A stretch of 64,000 nt of DNA from positions 256,001 to 320,000 of the forward strand of contig CAVPJU010000006.1 of the NCBI GenBank assembly GCA_963705505.1, written 5' to 3'. Every line of letters starts with the position of its first letter. The stretch's first letter is position 1. Shown here piece by piece: positions 23,406-33,552 of this stretch. Source of the stretch: an uncultured bacterium (GTDB taxonomy: Bacteria > Desulfobacterota_D > UBA1144 > Nemesobacterales > UBA2774). The position numbers and the translations under genes were made by a program. The notes below the pieces were generated by a model that saw only the letters and a list, made by a program, of their open reading frames with translations, was not told the DNA's origin and did not search any database.

Positions 23406-25088
23406 TCAGCCTCCTTGAGGAGCGTTTACACGACGGTTAACGTACATTTGTTGACCTATGGAAAGTATATTGCTAACCGTCCAATAGAGTATCAAACCAG
23501 AAGGTAACCCCCAAAACATTACTGTAAAAATTATAGGCATAAATTGCATCATTTTCATCTGCATCTGCATATTTTCGTTCCCGGTGCTCGGGGTCATCGG
23601 GGTCATCTTCTGAGAGATGAACCAGGACACGCCCATGACAAGGGGGAGTATTCTGAAAGGAATTCCGATCCCCGGTATATCGAATAAATGCTCGGGAGCG
23701 GAAAGGTCGTTAATCCAGAGAAAAGAGCTTTGCCTGAGATCGATAGAATGGAGCAGCACATCATAAAGAGCGATGAACACCGGCAGCTGGATCACCAGCG
23801 GCAGGCAGCCCCCGAGACTGCTGAGGGGATTGATGCCGTGACTCGTATAAAGCTTCATCAGCTCCGAATTCTGTTTAGCTTTGTCGTCCTTATATTTTTC
23901 TTTTAATGCGTCCATCTTGGGCTTGATCTTTTCCATCTTGATCTGCATTTTCTTCATGGACACCATGCTTCTGACAGTCAGGGGAAGGAAAATCAAACGC
24001 ATTATAAGAGTAATTACGATTATGGAAATACCGTAATTGTGGAAATAACTGTTGAGCCATTTAAGAAGGTCAACGAGCGGCTTCGCGAGAAATTCGACCC
24101 ATCCGTAATTAATCGATTCCTGGAGATTATAGCCCACGGCTTTTACGGTATCGTATTCCAGGGGACCCAGATAAACCTCCCAGTTCTTAACAGAGGTTTT
24201 CCCCGCAGGGATGGTGTCTCCGGGGTAACTGTATAACGCTTTGACGAGCCCCTTGTCATCGAGCGGGCTCACCGCGATCGTAGAATCCGCACCCGTTTCG
24301 GGGAGGAACGAAGAAATGAAGTATTTCTGTGAATACCCGAACCAATCTATAACACCCGTGTATACGTAAGGTTCTTTCGGTTTCTTGGTAACCATCTTCA
24401 CACTGTTCGAGACGAGCGCCATAAAACTCATCGTATTCCCGCCCCTGCCTTGCTGCTCGACTTTACCGAACCACTTTATATCGAGTTTCTGCTGTAAGGG
24501 GGAGCCGCTCGGATTGGTCACTTCAAACCTCTGCTTGAGTACATAGCTTGAGGAATCCACTCCATAGATTTTCTTTATAATGATCCCCTCGGGGGACTGC
24601 CACGTAAGGGTAATTTCCTTCGTCCCTTCCGGAACTTTTACATCGCTCTCGCCGCTGTACTCGAACGGGATGAGCTCGGGCGTCTTATATTCTCCGAGAT
24701 TTAACAAAGTGCTGAACCCCGGAGGGGTATTCTTAAAAAGGTCGACCGGGGCGCCGCCGCTTGTGTCCTCTTTAAATTTCTTAAGCTCCCACTTGTATAT
24801 TCTTCCCCCGGCCGTATCTATGACACCGTGATAGAGCGGCGTGTCGATCGTTATCAGCTTGCCTTCGGGAGACGGGTGGATGTTGTCCGAGGCAGTCTCT
24901 TGCTGAAAATCTTCTGACTGATCGGTACTGCCGGCACCCGGAGCTGGCGAGGATTTCTCCGTAACCTGCTGCCCGGCAGGCTGCTTTATCTGCTGCTTTG
25001 TCGGTTTTGAAAAGAAATACGTATATCCGAAAAAAATTAACAGCGATAGTACGAAAAACAGTATTGTATTGATTTTGTTGTCAGTCAT
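23406..25088 (-). CDS. yidC: Membrane protein insertase YidC
   Basis: GGCLPLVIQLPVFIALY, FLWINDLSAP, PSGLILYWTVSN; gene context. Confidence 0.97.
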   Translation of the reverse strand: MTDNKINTILFFVLSLLIFFGYTYFFSKPTKQQIKQPAGQQVTEKSSPAPGAGSTDQSEDFQQETASDNIHPSPEGKLITIDTPLYHGVIDTAGGRIYKWELKKFKEDTSGGAPVDLFKNTPPGFSTLLNLGEYKTPELIPFEYSGESDVKVPEGTKEITLTWQSPEGIIIKKIYGVDSSSYVLKQRFEVTNPSGSPLQQKLDIKWFGKVEQQGRGGNTMSFMALVSNSVKMVTKKPKEPYVYTGVIDWFGYSQKYFISSFLPETGADSTIAVSPLDDKGLVKALYSYPGDTIPAGKTSVKNWEVYLGPLEYDTVKAVGYNLQESINYGWVEFLAKPLVDLLKWLNSYFHNYGISIIVITLIMRLIFLPLTVRSMVSMKKMQIKMEKIKPKMDALKEKYKDDKAKQNSELMKLYTSHGINPLSSLGGCLPLVIQLPVFIALYDVLLHSIDLRQSSFLWINDLSAPEHLFDIPGIGIPFRILPLVMGVSWFISQKMTPMTPSTGNENMQMQMKMMQFMPIIFTVMFWGLPSGLILYWTVSNILSIGQQMYVNRRVNAPQGG

Positions 25089-25099
25089 CCCCTTGTCCT

Positions 25100-25324
25100 T
25101 TACTGAACCGGATCATATCCGCCGGCGCTTAGCGGGTGACATCTCGCGATTCTCTTCAGAGCCAGCCATGTACCCCTCAGGAGTCCGTATTTTTTGAGGG
25201 CATCCACCGCATACTCTGAACAGCTGGGATGGAATCTGCAAGAAGAGGGCAAAATCGGTGAAATCAGATATTTGTAAACCTTGATCAGCGAAGTAGCCAG
25301 ATACACCGGTAATTTCGAAATCAT
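25100..25324 (-). CDS. yidD: Membrane protein insertion efficiency factor
   Basis: [24 protein letters not shown]. Confidence 0.96.
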   Translation of the reverse strand: MISKLPVYLATSLIKVYKYLISPILPSSCRFHPSCSEYAVDALKKYGLLRGTWLALKRIARCHPLSAGGYDPVQ

Positions 25325-25674
25325 GATAATTTGGACCTGATTATTTCCTCAATCTCTTTCTTCGCGAGAGAGTAATCAAGCGTTTCGCTGCCTTTCTTGG
25401 CTACAAAGACCACATCCATAGAACCGAAGAGGGATTTGTTCAGCCTGAATACCTCCCGCAGAACCCTCTTAATCCGGTTCCTCTCAACGGCCCCGGGCAC
25501 CATCTTTTTCCCGATTACAAACCCGGCTCTGGCATATCCGAGCGAGTTTGGAGCGCATAGTATGTTAAAATGCTCTGTACTGAGCCTCCTGCTCTTCCCA
25601 AAAATCTCTTCGTATTCAGAGTTCTTACGGATTTTTAATTCTTTTGGGAAAGATAAACTCACCACAAAGTTCAT
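25321..25674 (-). CDS. rnpA: Ribonuclease P protein component
   Basis: [13 protein letters not shown] (RNR motif); context between rpmH and yidD. Confidence 0.93.
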   Translation of the reverse strand: MNFVVSLSFPKELKIRKNSEYEEIFGKSRRLSTEHFNILCAPNSLGYARAGFVIGKKMVPGAVERNRIKRVLREVFRLNKSLFGSMDVVFVAKKGSETLDYSLAKKEIEEIIRSKLS

Positions 25675-25820
25675 TTCTTCCAGCGCTGCACCGTGAGACT
25701 GTGCCTGCCCTTTGCAATCCGTCTCTTGAGAGTGCGCCTTCCGCCCTTAGTGCTCATTCTTTCGCGAAACCCATGCACCCTTAATCTCTTTTTTTCGTGA
25801 GGTTGAAAAGTTCTTTTCAT
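25671..25820 (-). CDS. rpmH: 50S ribosomal protein L34 (absent from the ORF track)
   Basis: Manual translation [53 protein letters not shown] overlap with rnpA. Confidence 0.96.
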   Translation of the reverse strand: MKRTFQPHEKKRLRVHGFRERMSTKGGRRTLKRRIAKGRHSLTVQRWKK

Positions 25821-26049
25821 AACGCGCCCTAAAAACTAACACGAAATGTTTTTACGGTCAAGAAACAAAAACCCATAGTAACCGATAGATTTTTTCCCGT
25901 TCCCACGCCCATCTGCACCGTCAAGCTCCCTAATTCACACCCCTATAAAACTAGCATAATTGTTAGCGATTGCAATATAAGATAGTCATATCACACTAAA
26001 ATGAGCCCAAATACGGGGTTTGTATATATTGCAACTGCGAAGTATTTTC

Positions 26050-26077
26050 TTGACAAACCGGCCCCGACCCTTATAGT
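26050..26077 (+). promoter_or_regulatory. Sigma70-type promoter
   Basis: TTGACA-16 bp-TATAGT upstream of the 65-aa ORF and the SLT gene. Confidence 0.5.
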
Positions 26078-26120
26078 ATTTTGCCGGAAAAGAAAAAATT
26101 TATAGAATTCGTAAAACTTA

Positions 26121-26318
26121 ATGGGAATACTTGAAAAGAATCGTTTTAAAGAAAATACACCGTTTGGAGTGAAAGATTTTATTGACGAACCGATTAAAGC
26201 AGTGAAAACCGTAAAAGAAATATTCATAACGGACTTCGGGTCGTTTAAACCCTTCAAACGAGACAACCTATTTAAAACGGGGTCTGCAAACACTTTAAAA
26301 CCCATACAATCTAAATAA
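26121..26318 (+). CDS. Possible small hypothetical protein (65 aa)
   Basis: ORF lies between the promoter and the SLT gene; no SD and no recognised motif. Confidence 0.35.
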   Translation: MGILEKNRFKENTPFGVKDFIDEPIKAVKTVKEIFITDFGSFKPFKRDNLFKTGSANTLKPIQSK

Positions 26319-26379
26319 ACCGACTTACATCTGCTGAAAGCTTTATTGTCCCAATCCCCCACAGCGAGGAGTAATAAAC

Positions 26380-27126
26380 ATGATTCGAAACGTCTATGAA
26401 TTTTTAATTCTTTCTCTACCGGGATTCGTTAAGGTGACTATATTCATTCTTCTCTTCTGTTTTTCAATGATATTCTTCTTGGAATCGAACGATCTGGCGA
26501 TTGAGGAAAAGCCGGCTTTCGCCGGCTTGCTTATAAATCCGGGCAGCGCCGAATATTTAAAGTCCGGCCCATTCTTTGCAATACCGAAGGACAGCGCAGC
26601 TGACGAGCCCGATATAGAAGATATGACGCCCGAGGAGGCGGAGATCTACCTCTTTATTGACAGGCTATCGGATTCAATAAACCCGTCCAACGCGCGTAAG
26701 CTCGCAAAACTTATCGTCGAGGAATGCGACAATTACGAAAACCTCGACCCTTACCTCGTGCTCGCGGTAATTCAGGTCGAGAGCGAATTTTCGCCGAAGG
26801 CGATATCCAAAAGAGGCGCAATCGGCCTGATGCAGGTCATGCCGGGAACGGGGGAATTCATTGCGAAGGAAATGGGCCTATCTTATACCGGACGGAAATC
26901 GCTCTACGACCCGTTCTTAAACGTGAAGGTCGGAATTCATTATCTCTCCTTGCTGACCGAGCGCTACGATTCCATGGAGGACGCTCTCGACGCTTATAAC
27001 AACGGCCCGTCGAATTTTGAAAAGTTTCAGAGCTCGGACAAAAAGCAGTCGAGATATGTGAAAAAGGTGCTTAATCTCAAGAGCCGTCTCGAAGAAGAGA
27101 GCGTGTTGCTTGCCAAAGCCACATGA
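26380..27126 (+). CDS. Lytic transglycosylase (SLT domain), membrane-anchored
   Basis: IQVESEF catalytic Glu, GAIGLMQVMP, AYNNG; N-terminal TM. Confidence 0.92.
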   Translation: MIRNVYEFLILSLPGFVKVTIFILLFCFSMIFFLESNDLAIEEKPAFAGLLINPGSAEYLKSGPFFAIPKDSAADEPDIEDMTPEEAEIYLFIDRLSDSINPSNARKLAKLIVEECDNYENLDPYLVLAVIQVESEFSPKAISKRGAIGLMQVMPGTGEFIAKEMGLSYTGRKSLYDPFLNVKVGIHYLSLLTERYDSMEDALDAYNNGPSNFEKFQSSDKKQSRYVKKVLNLKSRLEEESVLLAKAT

Positions 27127-27201
27127 ATCCTTTAATTATTATTCCGGGCATGTAAGGGTTCAATAATCACACTCAAGGCAGAAAGTGGATTTTCAGATCA
27201 G

Positions 27202-28080
27202 ATGAAATTCGGCATAGCGGTCCCCAATTTCGGCAGTCACGCGAAGCGAGAAGAAATTCTGGAGATCTCGGTACTGGCCGAAGAGCTTGGATACGACTCC
27301 CTCTGGGTAAGCGACCATGTAATAATGCCTGACTCCCACGAGGGGTTCGGAGAGACGTTCCTCGACCCCCTTATAACACTCGCATTCATTGCGGCTAATA
27401 CGGAAACGATAGAGCTCGGAACGAGCGTAATAATCCTCCCCTACAGGAACCCCGTCGTTCTGGCGAAGACGGTCTCCACACTTGATACCCTTTCCCGCGG
27501 AAGGGTAATTCTCGGGGTCGGCGCGGGGTGGCTCGAGGATGAATTCGACGCCCTCGGCGTGTCTTTCCGGGAACGGGGGGCGATCACCGACGAATATATA
27601 GAAATCTTAAAAGAGCTCTGGACGAGCGAGAACCCGCATTATAAAGGAAATTACATCGAATTTTCGGGTATAAAGTTCTCTCCGAAGCCTTTCAGGAAGC
27701 CGCACCCTCCGATATGGGTCGGGGGAGGGAGCACGAGGGCAATCGAGCGCGCGGTCAGGTACGGCGACGGCTGGCACCCCGTGGGACTCACACCCGGGGC
27801 GCTCCGGGAGAAGGCGGATTATCTGAAAGGCCTCCTCCCGGCGGATAAGAAAGACGGCTTCGTAATATCCCTCAGAAGGAACCTCGAGATAAATGAGGAT
27901 AGAGAATTTAACGAGGACGATACACTCCGCGGCGGGAGAGAAAAGATAGCAAGGGGTATTCGGGAATACGGGGAAGCGGGCGTGACACACCTAATCCTTT
28001 ATATACTCGCGGGCGATTTTAAAGGCATTCTGAAAACGCTCAGGGTTTTTGCCGAAGAGATAAGGCCGGGCTTCGAATGA
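27202..28080 (+). CDS. LLM-class (luciferase-like, probably F420-dependent) oxidoreductase
   Basis: AEELGYDSLWVSDH, GTSVIILPYRNP, GVGAGWLEDEF, PPIWVGG. Confidence 0.88.
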   Translation: MKFGIAVPNFGSHAKREEILEISVLAEELGYDSLWVSDHVIMPDSHEGFGETFLDPLITLAFIAANTETIELGTSVIILPYRNPVVLAKTVSTLDTLSRGRVILGVGAGWLEDEFDALGVSFRERGAITDEYIEILKELWTSENPHYKGNYIEFSGIKFSPKPFRKPHPPIWVGGGSTRAIERAVRYGDGWHPVGLTPGALREKADYLKGLLPADKKDGFVISLRRNLEINEDREFNEDDTLRGGREKIARGIREYGEAGVTHLILYILAGDFKGILKTLRVFAEEIRPGFE

Positions 28081-28253
28081 TCCGAAGATTGGAATATGAA
28101 GAAGCCGGTCGCTCAGATGTTATAATTCATTAAAACAAACCGCGATCCGATAATGTCCGGACGTCTATTCCCGCATTTACTCCGTTGACACGGACTTTGA
28201 GTTCGTGGGATAATGGGTTTCGGCGTATACTTTAAAAACGGGGAGAAACATAA

Positions 28254-29267
28254 ATGGATTATGAAAACAGGAAATTTACCGCAGCAGCCGTGCAGGCGGC
28301 CCCCGTGTTTCTGAATAAAGCGGAAACCATCGGGAAGATCACGAGCCTGATCGAAGAAGCGGCAGGGAACGGCGCGAGCCTGATAGTATTCCCCGAAGCG
28401 ATGATCCCTTGTTATCCGTATTGGCCCAAGGACATCGGGACCGGGGAGGGAAGGAAGCTCGTCCTGGACGCATACACCGAGCTCTATAAGAACTCGGTCG
28501 AGATACCCGGAAGCGATACGGACAAGCTATGCGAGGCCGCGAAAAAAGCGGGGGCCTACGTCGTGCTCGGGGTGAACGAAAGGGACGGCGGTACGCTATA
28601 TAATACGATCCTCTACATCGACAAGAACGGAACCATACTGGGAAAGCACAGGAAGCTCATGTCCATAGACAGCGAGAAATGCATATGGGGCAATGGCGGC
28701 GCGGAGGACCTGAACGTATTCGATACGGAAGTGGGCAAGGTCGGGGGGTTTTTCTGCTACGAGCACCACATGACCCTCGCAAAGTATGCGATGTTCATGA
28801 AGGGAGAGCAGATACACGCGGGACTCTGGGCCGGGCACGGGTTTGTAAAACCGACCATGGATTTTGCGAGCCGCGAGTACGCATTCGAGGGGCAGGTGTT
28901 CGTCGTCGCATCATCCGGGCACATAACGGAGGACATGGTTCCCGACAGCTTTCCGCTTAAAAAATATACGATGTGGGACTATCCAGGCGGGAGCGGCATC
29001 ATCAGCCCACGGGGGGAGTACTTAGCAGGACCCGTTTACGGCAAGGAAGACATCGTCTATGCGGAGATCGATATGGATACGATAATACGGTCAAAAGCAG
29101 TGATCGACGGCGTCGGGCATTTCTCCAGGCCCGATATATTGAAGCTAGAGATAAAGGGATACAATCCGGACAAAAAGAAAAAGCGGAGCCCGGATCAGAG
29201 CCGAAGACAAAAAAAGTTTGCGAAAGCGCCTGACGGGGAGAAAGGGAGGGCGCGGGCAGGGAATTAA
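28254..29267 (+). CDS. Nitrilase / carbon-nitrogen hydrolase, second copy
   Basis: FPEAMIPCYP, KHRKL, FCYEH triad and DGVGHFSRPD. Confidence 0.9.
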   Translation: MDYENRKFTAAAVQAAPVFLNKAETIGKITSLIEEAAGNGASLIVFPEAMIPCYPYWPKDIGTGEGRKLVLDAYTELYKNSVEIPGSDTDKLCEAAKKAGAYVVLGVNERDGGTLYNTILYIDKNGTILGKHRKLMSIDSEKCIWGNGGAEDLNVFDTEVGKVGGFFCYEHHMTLAKYAMFMKGEQIHAGLWAGHGFVKPTMDFASREYAFEGQVFVVASSGHITEDMVPDSFPLKKYTMWDYPGGSGIISPRGEYLAGPVYGKEDIVYAEIDMDTIIRSKAVIDGVGHFSRPDILKLEIKGYNPDKKKKRSPDQSRRQKKFAKAPDGEKGRARAGN

Positions 29268-29273
29268 AAAAAT

Positions 29274-30818
29274 TCAGCCGCTTTCGTTCTCGATTGACCG
29301 GATTAATTTTTGTTTGAGATCCCAGAGCTTTTCTGAAAGCGAGACGTGATAGATATGGGGGTTCATGATACGCCTGACCCCGGAATCGAGCTTCTCTATA
29401 TCATCCGTCCTTACGATTCTGATTTCTTCTATAGTAGGAAATTCGTATACGGGCTTGCCTTCATCGAGCACCCTGACAAGAAGGGGCTCGGTCCTGCTCA
29501 TTTCATTACGCCTCAAAATCCTGTATTTGGTATGGTCAGAAGGGTGGTGCAGCTTTAGTATGTCACTTTCCATGGGATCGCCTTCGTCTATCGTGAGGAC
29601 GTCAGCAGTCGCGTTTCCCCTTTTGTCATAGATACGCCAGGCCATTTTATTTCCGGGGTTGAGCGTCTTCTTGGGCGTTTCGGATAATTTAATCGCTGGC
29701 ACCCATTCTCCCTTCTCCTTTACGGCGACAAGCTTATACACACCGTCGAGCGCCGAATCCCCCTTTGAGGTTATGAGCCTCGTCCCCACTCCGTAGACGA
29801 GCCTCTTTATGAGACGGTCGGGATCGATCCCGTAGCGCGGAGCCTCCTCTTCGATCTGGGTTATTATCTGCCAGACGACGAGCTCGTCGAGCTGATTGGA
29901 GAGCACTATCTTCGTATCGGGAAATCCCGCGCCATCCAGCATCTTCGCGGACTGTATGGACAGATACGCAAGGTCGCCGGAATCGAGCCTGATCCCGAGC
30001 GGCTTATGCCCTTTGTTTCTGAGCTCTTCGAATACCTTTATGGCATTGGGAACTCCGCTCTCGAGCGTGTTTATCGTGTCGACAAGAAGCAGGCAGTCAT
30101 CGGGATATACTTCCGCATAAGCCCTGAAAGCTCCGAGCTCGCCCTCTCCGAGCGCCATAAACACCTGCACCATGCTGTGGGCATGCGTGCCTTTGGGTGG
30201 GAAGCCGAGCACGTATGAGATTCCGACGGTCGAAGAAAAATCCGCACCCCCAATCAACGCCGCCCTTATCCCCGCGTTAACCCCCAGGTCGTGCCCCCTC
30301 CTCATACCGAATTCGAGAATCGGCTGACCCCGCCCCGCTTCCCTGATACGGGCCGCTTTGGTCGCTATCAGTATCTGGTAATTGAGCTTGTTGAGAAGAC
30401 AGGATTCGAGGATCTGCGCCATAGGGAGGGGTCCCTGAACCACTGTTACGGGGACATTCGGATGCACCACCCTTCCCTCCGGGACTGCAAGCATCGTTAT
30501 TCCGTCGAAATTCCCGTTCTTCCTCAGCCATGCGAGGAAATCGTCGGTGAATACGGGCGCGCCCATCTGACCTGTCTGCGTTTTAAGATAGCTTATCTCC
30601 TCGTCCCCGAACGCTGCGTTTTTCATCCAGTCCACGAGCCACTCAAGCCCCGCATTTACACAGTATCCGGCCTTATGAGAGCCGTAATCCGGATAATTCC
30701 TGAAGAAATGATCGAACTGCGCATGGGTTTCATGAAGCCCGAATCTGTAATACAGCTGGGCCATCGTGAGCTGATACTGGTCGGTAAACAGGATCCCTTC
30801 TGCTATCTTGTTATCCAT
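29274..30818 (-). CDS. pncB: Nicotinate phosphoribosyltransferase
   Basis: [36 protein letters not shown]. Confidence 0.94.
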   Translation of the reverse strand: MDNKIAEGILFTDQYQLTMAQLYYRFGLHETHAQFDHFFRNYPDYGSHKAGYCVNAGLEWLVDWMKNAAFGDEEISYLKTQTGQMGAPVFTDDFLAWLRKNGNFDGITMLAVPEGRVVHPNVPVTVVQGPLPMAQILESCLLNKLNYQILIATKAARIREAGRGQPILEFGMRRGHDLGVNAGIRAALIGGADFSSTVGISYVLGFPPKGTHAHSMVQVFMALGEGELGAFRAYAEVYPDDCLLLVDTINTLESGVPNAIKVFEELRNKGHKPLGIRLDSGDLAYLSIQSAKMLDGAGFPDTKIVLSNQLDELVVWQIITQIEEEAPRYGIDPDRLIKRLVYGVGTRLITSKGDSALDGVYKLVAVKEKGEWVPAIKLSETPKKTLNPGNKMAWRIYDKRGNATADVLTIDEGDPMESDILKLHHPSDHTKYRILRRNEMSRTEPLLVRVLDEGKPVYEFPTIEEIRIVRTDDIEKLDSGVRRIMNPHIYHVSLSEKLWDLKQKLIRSIENESG

Positions 30819-31036
30819 TTCGATCGGTTAAATCACGGATTATTTATTGTTACTTGGGAATCTTCCGGTTTCTAGTAAAAACAAAAATCCCGTTTCTTAA
30901 ATGTATAGATTTTTTTTAACCTTAAGTCAATAACAACGGTTCTTTGGGAAGCCGACATCAAATACTTTAAATTCGTGAATATAAGCTGACGACAATGTTA
31001 CAATTTGAGTAAACGCATGCCGCAATATTAAAATTG

Positions 31037-31065
31037 TTGACAATATGCGATATTCTATATAAAAT
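31037..31065 (+). promoter_or_regulatory. Sigma70 promoter of the riboswitch leader
   Basis: TTGACA-17 bp-TAAAAT about 50 nt upstream of the aptamer. Confidence 0.7.
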
Positions 31066-31112
31066 TTTGTCATAATAGTAATTTGCAGGTAATGACATAA
31101 TAAATATTGTCA

Positions 31113-31214
31113 TTTTCCGGACGAAAGGGCAAACCATTCGAAAGGATGGAGCGCAAAGCAAAGGGCCTAAAGGGAAAACAACCCACATGGTTGCCATGCT
31201 GCCGAAACGGGAAT
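31113..31214 (+). ncRNA. Cyclic di-GMP-I (GEMM) riboswitch
   Basis: GGGCAAACCATTCGAAAGGATGGAGCGCAAAGC...GGCCTAA...ATGG...TGCCG follows the GEMM-I pattern (GAAA tetraloop stem, CCTAA/ATGG receptor, G20 and C92 equivalents). Confidence 0.9.
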
Positions 31215-31322
31215 AAACAGCCACTCAAATACAGCCGGCCTCCCGATTTCCGTTTTTGAAAGAAGCAGCCATCCGAAACAATCCGGAGCCATTACGTTCG
31301 GGGCATGAAGGGGCAGTGCAAG

Positions 31323-31820
31323 ATGGAAACCATCGGCAAAGTATTGAGCATTACCCTCCTTACTATTTTCGGTTCCGCCGCTGCGACAGTGTATCTAGTA
31401 GATTCGAACACAATGCCTTTATTCCTGGGCAAAGAACCCGTCACCTACACTTCGGACACAAGTAAACCCCAAAACGATTCCGGATTTTATCACGTTTCTT
31501 ACCACAGGGAGAGAGAGCGGTTTAAGTACGTGGAACCCGTCGAGGAAAGCGACGAGCCTGAAAACTACAGCGATGTATCGCCCATCTGGGGGCAGAGCTA
31601 CGACTCCGACCCCGCCTCGCCTTATTCGAGCGAGGAAAGGGCCCGAAGGCTCGCGCGGGAAAACTCGATCGATTCCCTGAAAACAAACATAGAATACTGG
31701 AATGGTCAATACGAAAAGGCCCTTAAATCCGGCAGGTCGGGAAATGCGGATACCGCATACCGGAACTATGCGGAGTATATGGAAGCTTTAGGGCTGAAGC
31801 AATCATCCGTTCATAAATAA
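31323..31820 (+). CDS. Hypothetical membrane-anchored/exported protein downstream of the riboswitch
   Basis: N-terminal hydrophobic segment, acidic linker, helical C-terminus. Confidence 0.75.
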   Translation: METIGKVLSITLLTIFGSAAATVYLVDSNTMPLFLGKEPVTYTSDTSKPQNDSGFYHVSYHRERERFKYVEPVEESDEPENYSDVSPIWGQSYDSDPASPYSSEERARRLARENSIDSLKTNIEYWNGQYEKALKSGRSGNADTAYRNYAEYMEALGLKQSSVHK

Positions 31821-31907
31821 GCTCTCGAATCTAAATACTCATTTGCAGGGAAAGCCCCAGTCTCATTGCCCGCGTCCTATGTGATCCCCCCGCGAGAAAA
31901 GAGACTA

Positions 31908-32687
31908 TCATAAGAGAAGGAACAGTTTCGTCAGAAAGAAATCCCCGATAATGATTAAGAGGAGAGCTATTACCACGGTAGACGTCGTAGCCCTTCCGAC
32001 TCCCTGTGTCCCGCCTTCCGCTCTCATGCCCACATAGCATCCTACAATGGCCACTATTATCCCGAAGAAGAATGTTTTTGAAATTCCGCTTACGAAATCG
32101 TCTATCGTTACCCACTCGAGTATGCTTGAAATAAAGAGCCTCGGTTTTACGTCGAGGTCAATATTAGACATGATCATTGCGCCCAGAATTCCGGTGAGGT
32201 CGGATATTATAGCGAGAAACGGAAAAGAGATCACGGAAGCCACGAGCCTGGGAACGACAAGCTTTCTGAGCGGGTCCGCTCCGAGAGTCCTTATGGCATC
32301 TATCTGCTCGGTTACCTTCATCGATCCTATCTCGGCGGTAATTCCCGAGCCGACCCTGCCTCCGACGAGGAGAGATGTAACGACGGGGCCGAGCTCCCTG
32401 ACGAACGATAGTGAGACGACGGGGCCGACGACGCCTTTCGCCCCGAACCATGCAAAACCCCAGGCAAGCTGAACCACCATGACCATTCCTATCGCCATTG
32501 CCGAGGCTATAACTATCGGGACCGATTTAAATCCGATCTCATCGAGCTGCTCGAGTACGAGCCGGACATTAAACGGGCGTGTGAAGCACGAATAAACAGA
32601 CCTGTAGAGAAAAAACCAGATATCTCCCAGCTGCTCGATGAAAGAAACGCAGTATGACCCGAATCGTACGATGTAGTTATCCATCAT
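31908..32687 (-). CDS. mlaE: MlaE-family ABC transporter permease
   Basis: RELGPVVTSLLVGGRVGSGITAEIGSMKVTEQIDA, GGTQGVGRATT. Confidence 0.92.
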   Translation of the reverse strand: MMDNYIVRFGSYCVSFIEQLGDIWFFLYRSVYSCFTRPFNVRLVLEQLDEIGFKSVPIVIASAMAIGMVMVVQLAWGFAWFGAKGVVGPVVSLSFVRELGPVVTSLLVGGRVGSGITAEIGSMKVTEQIDAIRTLGADPLRKLVVPRLVASVISFPFLAIISDLTGILGAMIMSNIDLDVKPRLFISSILEWVTIDDFVSGISKTFFFGIIVAIVGCYVGMRAEGGTQGVGRATTSTVVIALLLIIIGDFFLTKLFLLL

Positions 32688-32690
32688 TAA

Positions 32691-33233
32691 TCAGAGCACT
32701 CTGAACTGAGAAATAAATTCGTTAAAAACCGCAGCTCCCGTATCGAACCTGTCGGGAGACGAAGCGTATGTAAAATCATACACGCATTCGTTCTTTTTAA
32801 ACACACGTATCTCTATCATCACGGGGACGCTATCGAGCATGCCGGTGTATACGGTGCTGAGCGCCTGCTGTCCGTCGATTTCAGTTTCCTGCCTCGACTG
32901 CGCCTTCTTATCCTTTATGCCTACGATGAGAGATTCGGAAAGCGCTTTCAAGCTGTATTTCATTTTACGCTCATCGCAGGTCGAATTCACCGTGATTGTC
33001 GAATCGCCGGAGATGTTACTGAAAGCGAGGTCCCCGCCCTTGATCTTAATCCTTTTCCAGCCGTCGGGGAGAGCGCCTATCCGGTATGACGTATTTTCAG
33101 ATGTATAGACCTGCCCGCTTAGCTTACCCTTATCGCCCGACCCGGAAGAGGCATAAAAACCCACGAACTTCGCTACGGAACAGGAACCGAGAAAAATAAC
33201 CGCCGATAATATGATAACGATACCTATGTTCAT
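32691..33233 (-). CDS. Putative lipoprotein
   Basis: Hydrophobic signal ending in lipobox LGSC; immediately upstream of mlaE; start could be 33275. Confidence 0.7.
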   Translation of the reverse strand: MNIGIVIILSAVIFLGSCSVAKFVGFYASSGSGDKGKLSGQVYTSENTSYRIGALPDGWKRIKIKGGDLAFSNISGDSTITVNSTCDERKMKYSLKALSESLIVGIKDKKAQSRQETEIDGQQALSTVYTGMLDSVPVMIEIRVFKKNECVYDFTYASSPDRFDTGAAVFNEFISQFRVL

Positions 33234-33552
33234 TAGATGATGAATCTTGATTAAGATTTTACGTTCCTGACTCAAGCGGGCCTGTTTTTATTATGGGCCG
33301 ACGGGTTCTCAATAATACTCGAATCTTTAAAAAAACCAAACATATTAAAACCTTAAATAGTATTATCCCCTCTTTTCCCGGAAATAAATCGAGTTAGGTA
33401 ATTTTATATACAATTTGCCGCTCTGCATACTGCAATTAAACAGGGACGAGAATAAGGACGGATCGGAGAGATCACCTGCGACGGCGTTACCGATAACGGG
33501 TATTCGGCGTCAATTTGACTCACCCGGGACTCTAAATTAACATTTAACCCCC

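Noticed and set aside
25821..26120. oriC next to rpmH
   Set aside because: No consensus DnaA boxes seen and no dnaA gene
31113..31214. 3',3'-cGAMP (GEMM-Ib) riboswitch with a Hypr GGDEF partner
   Set aside because: The aptamer has G at the position-20 equivalent, and the cyclase keeps Asp in GHQAGD rather than the Ser/Thr of Hypr enzymes
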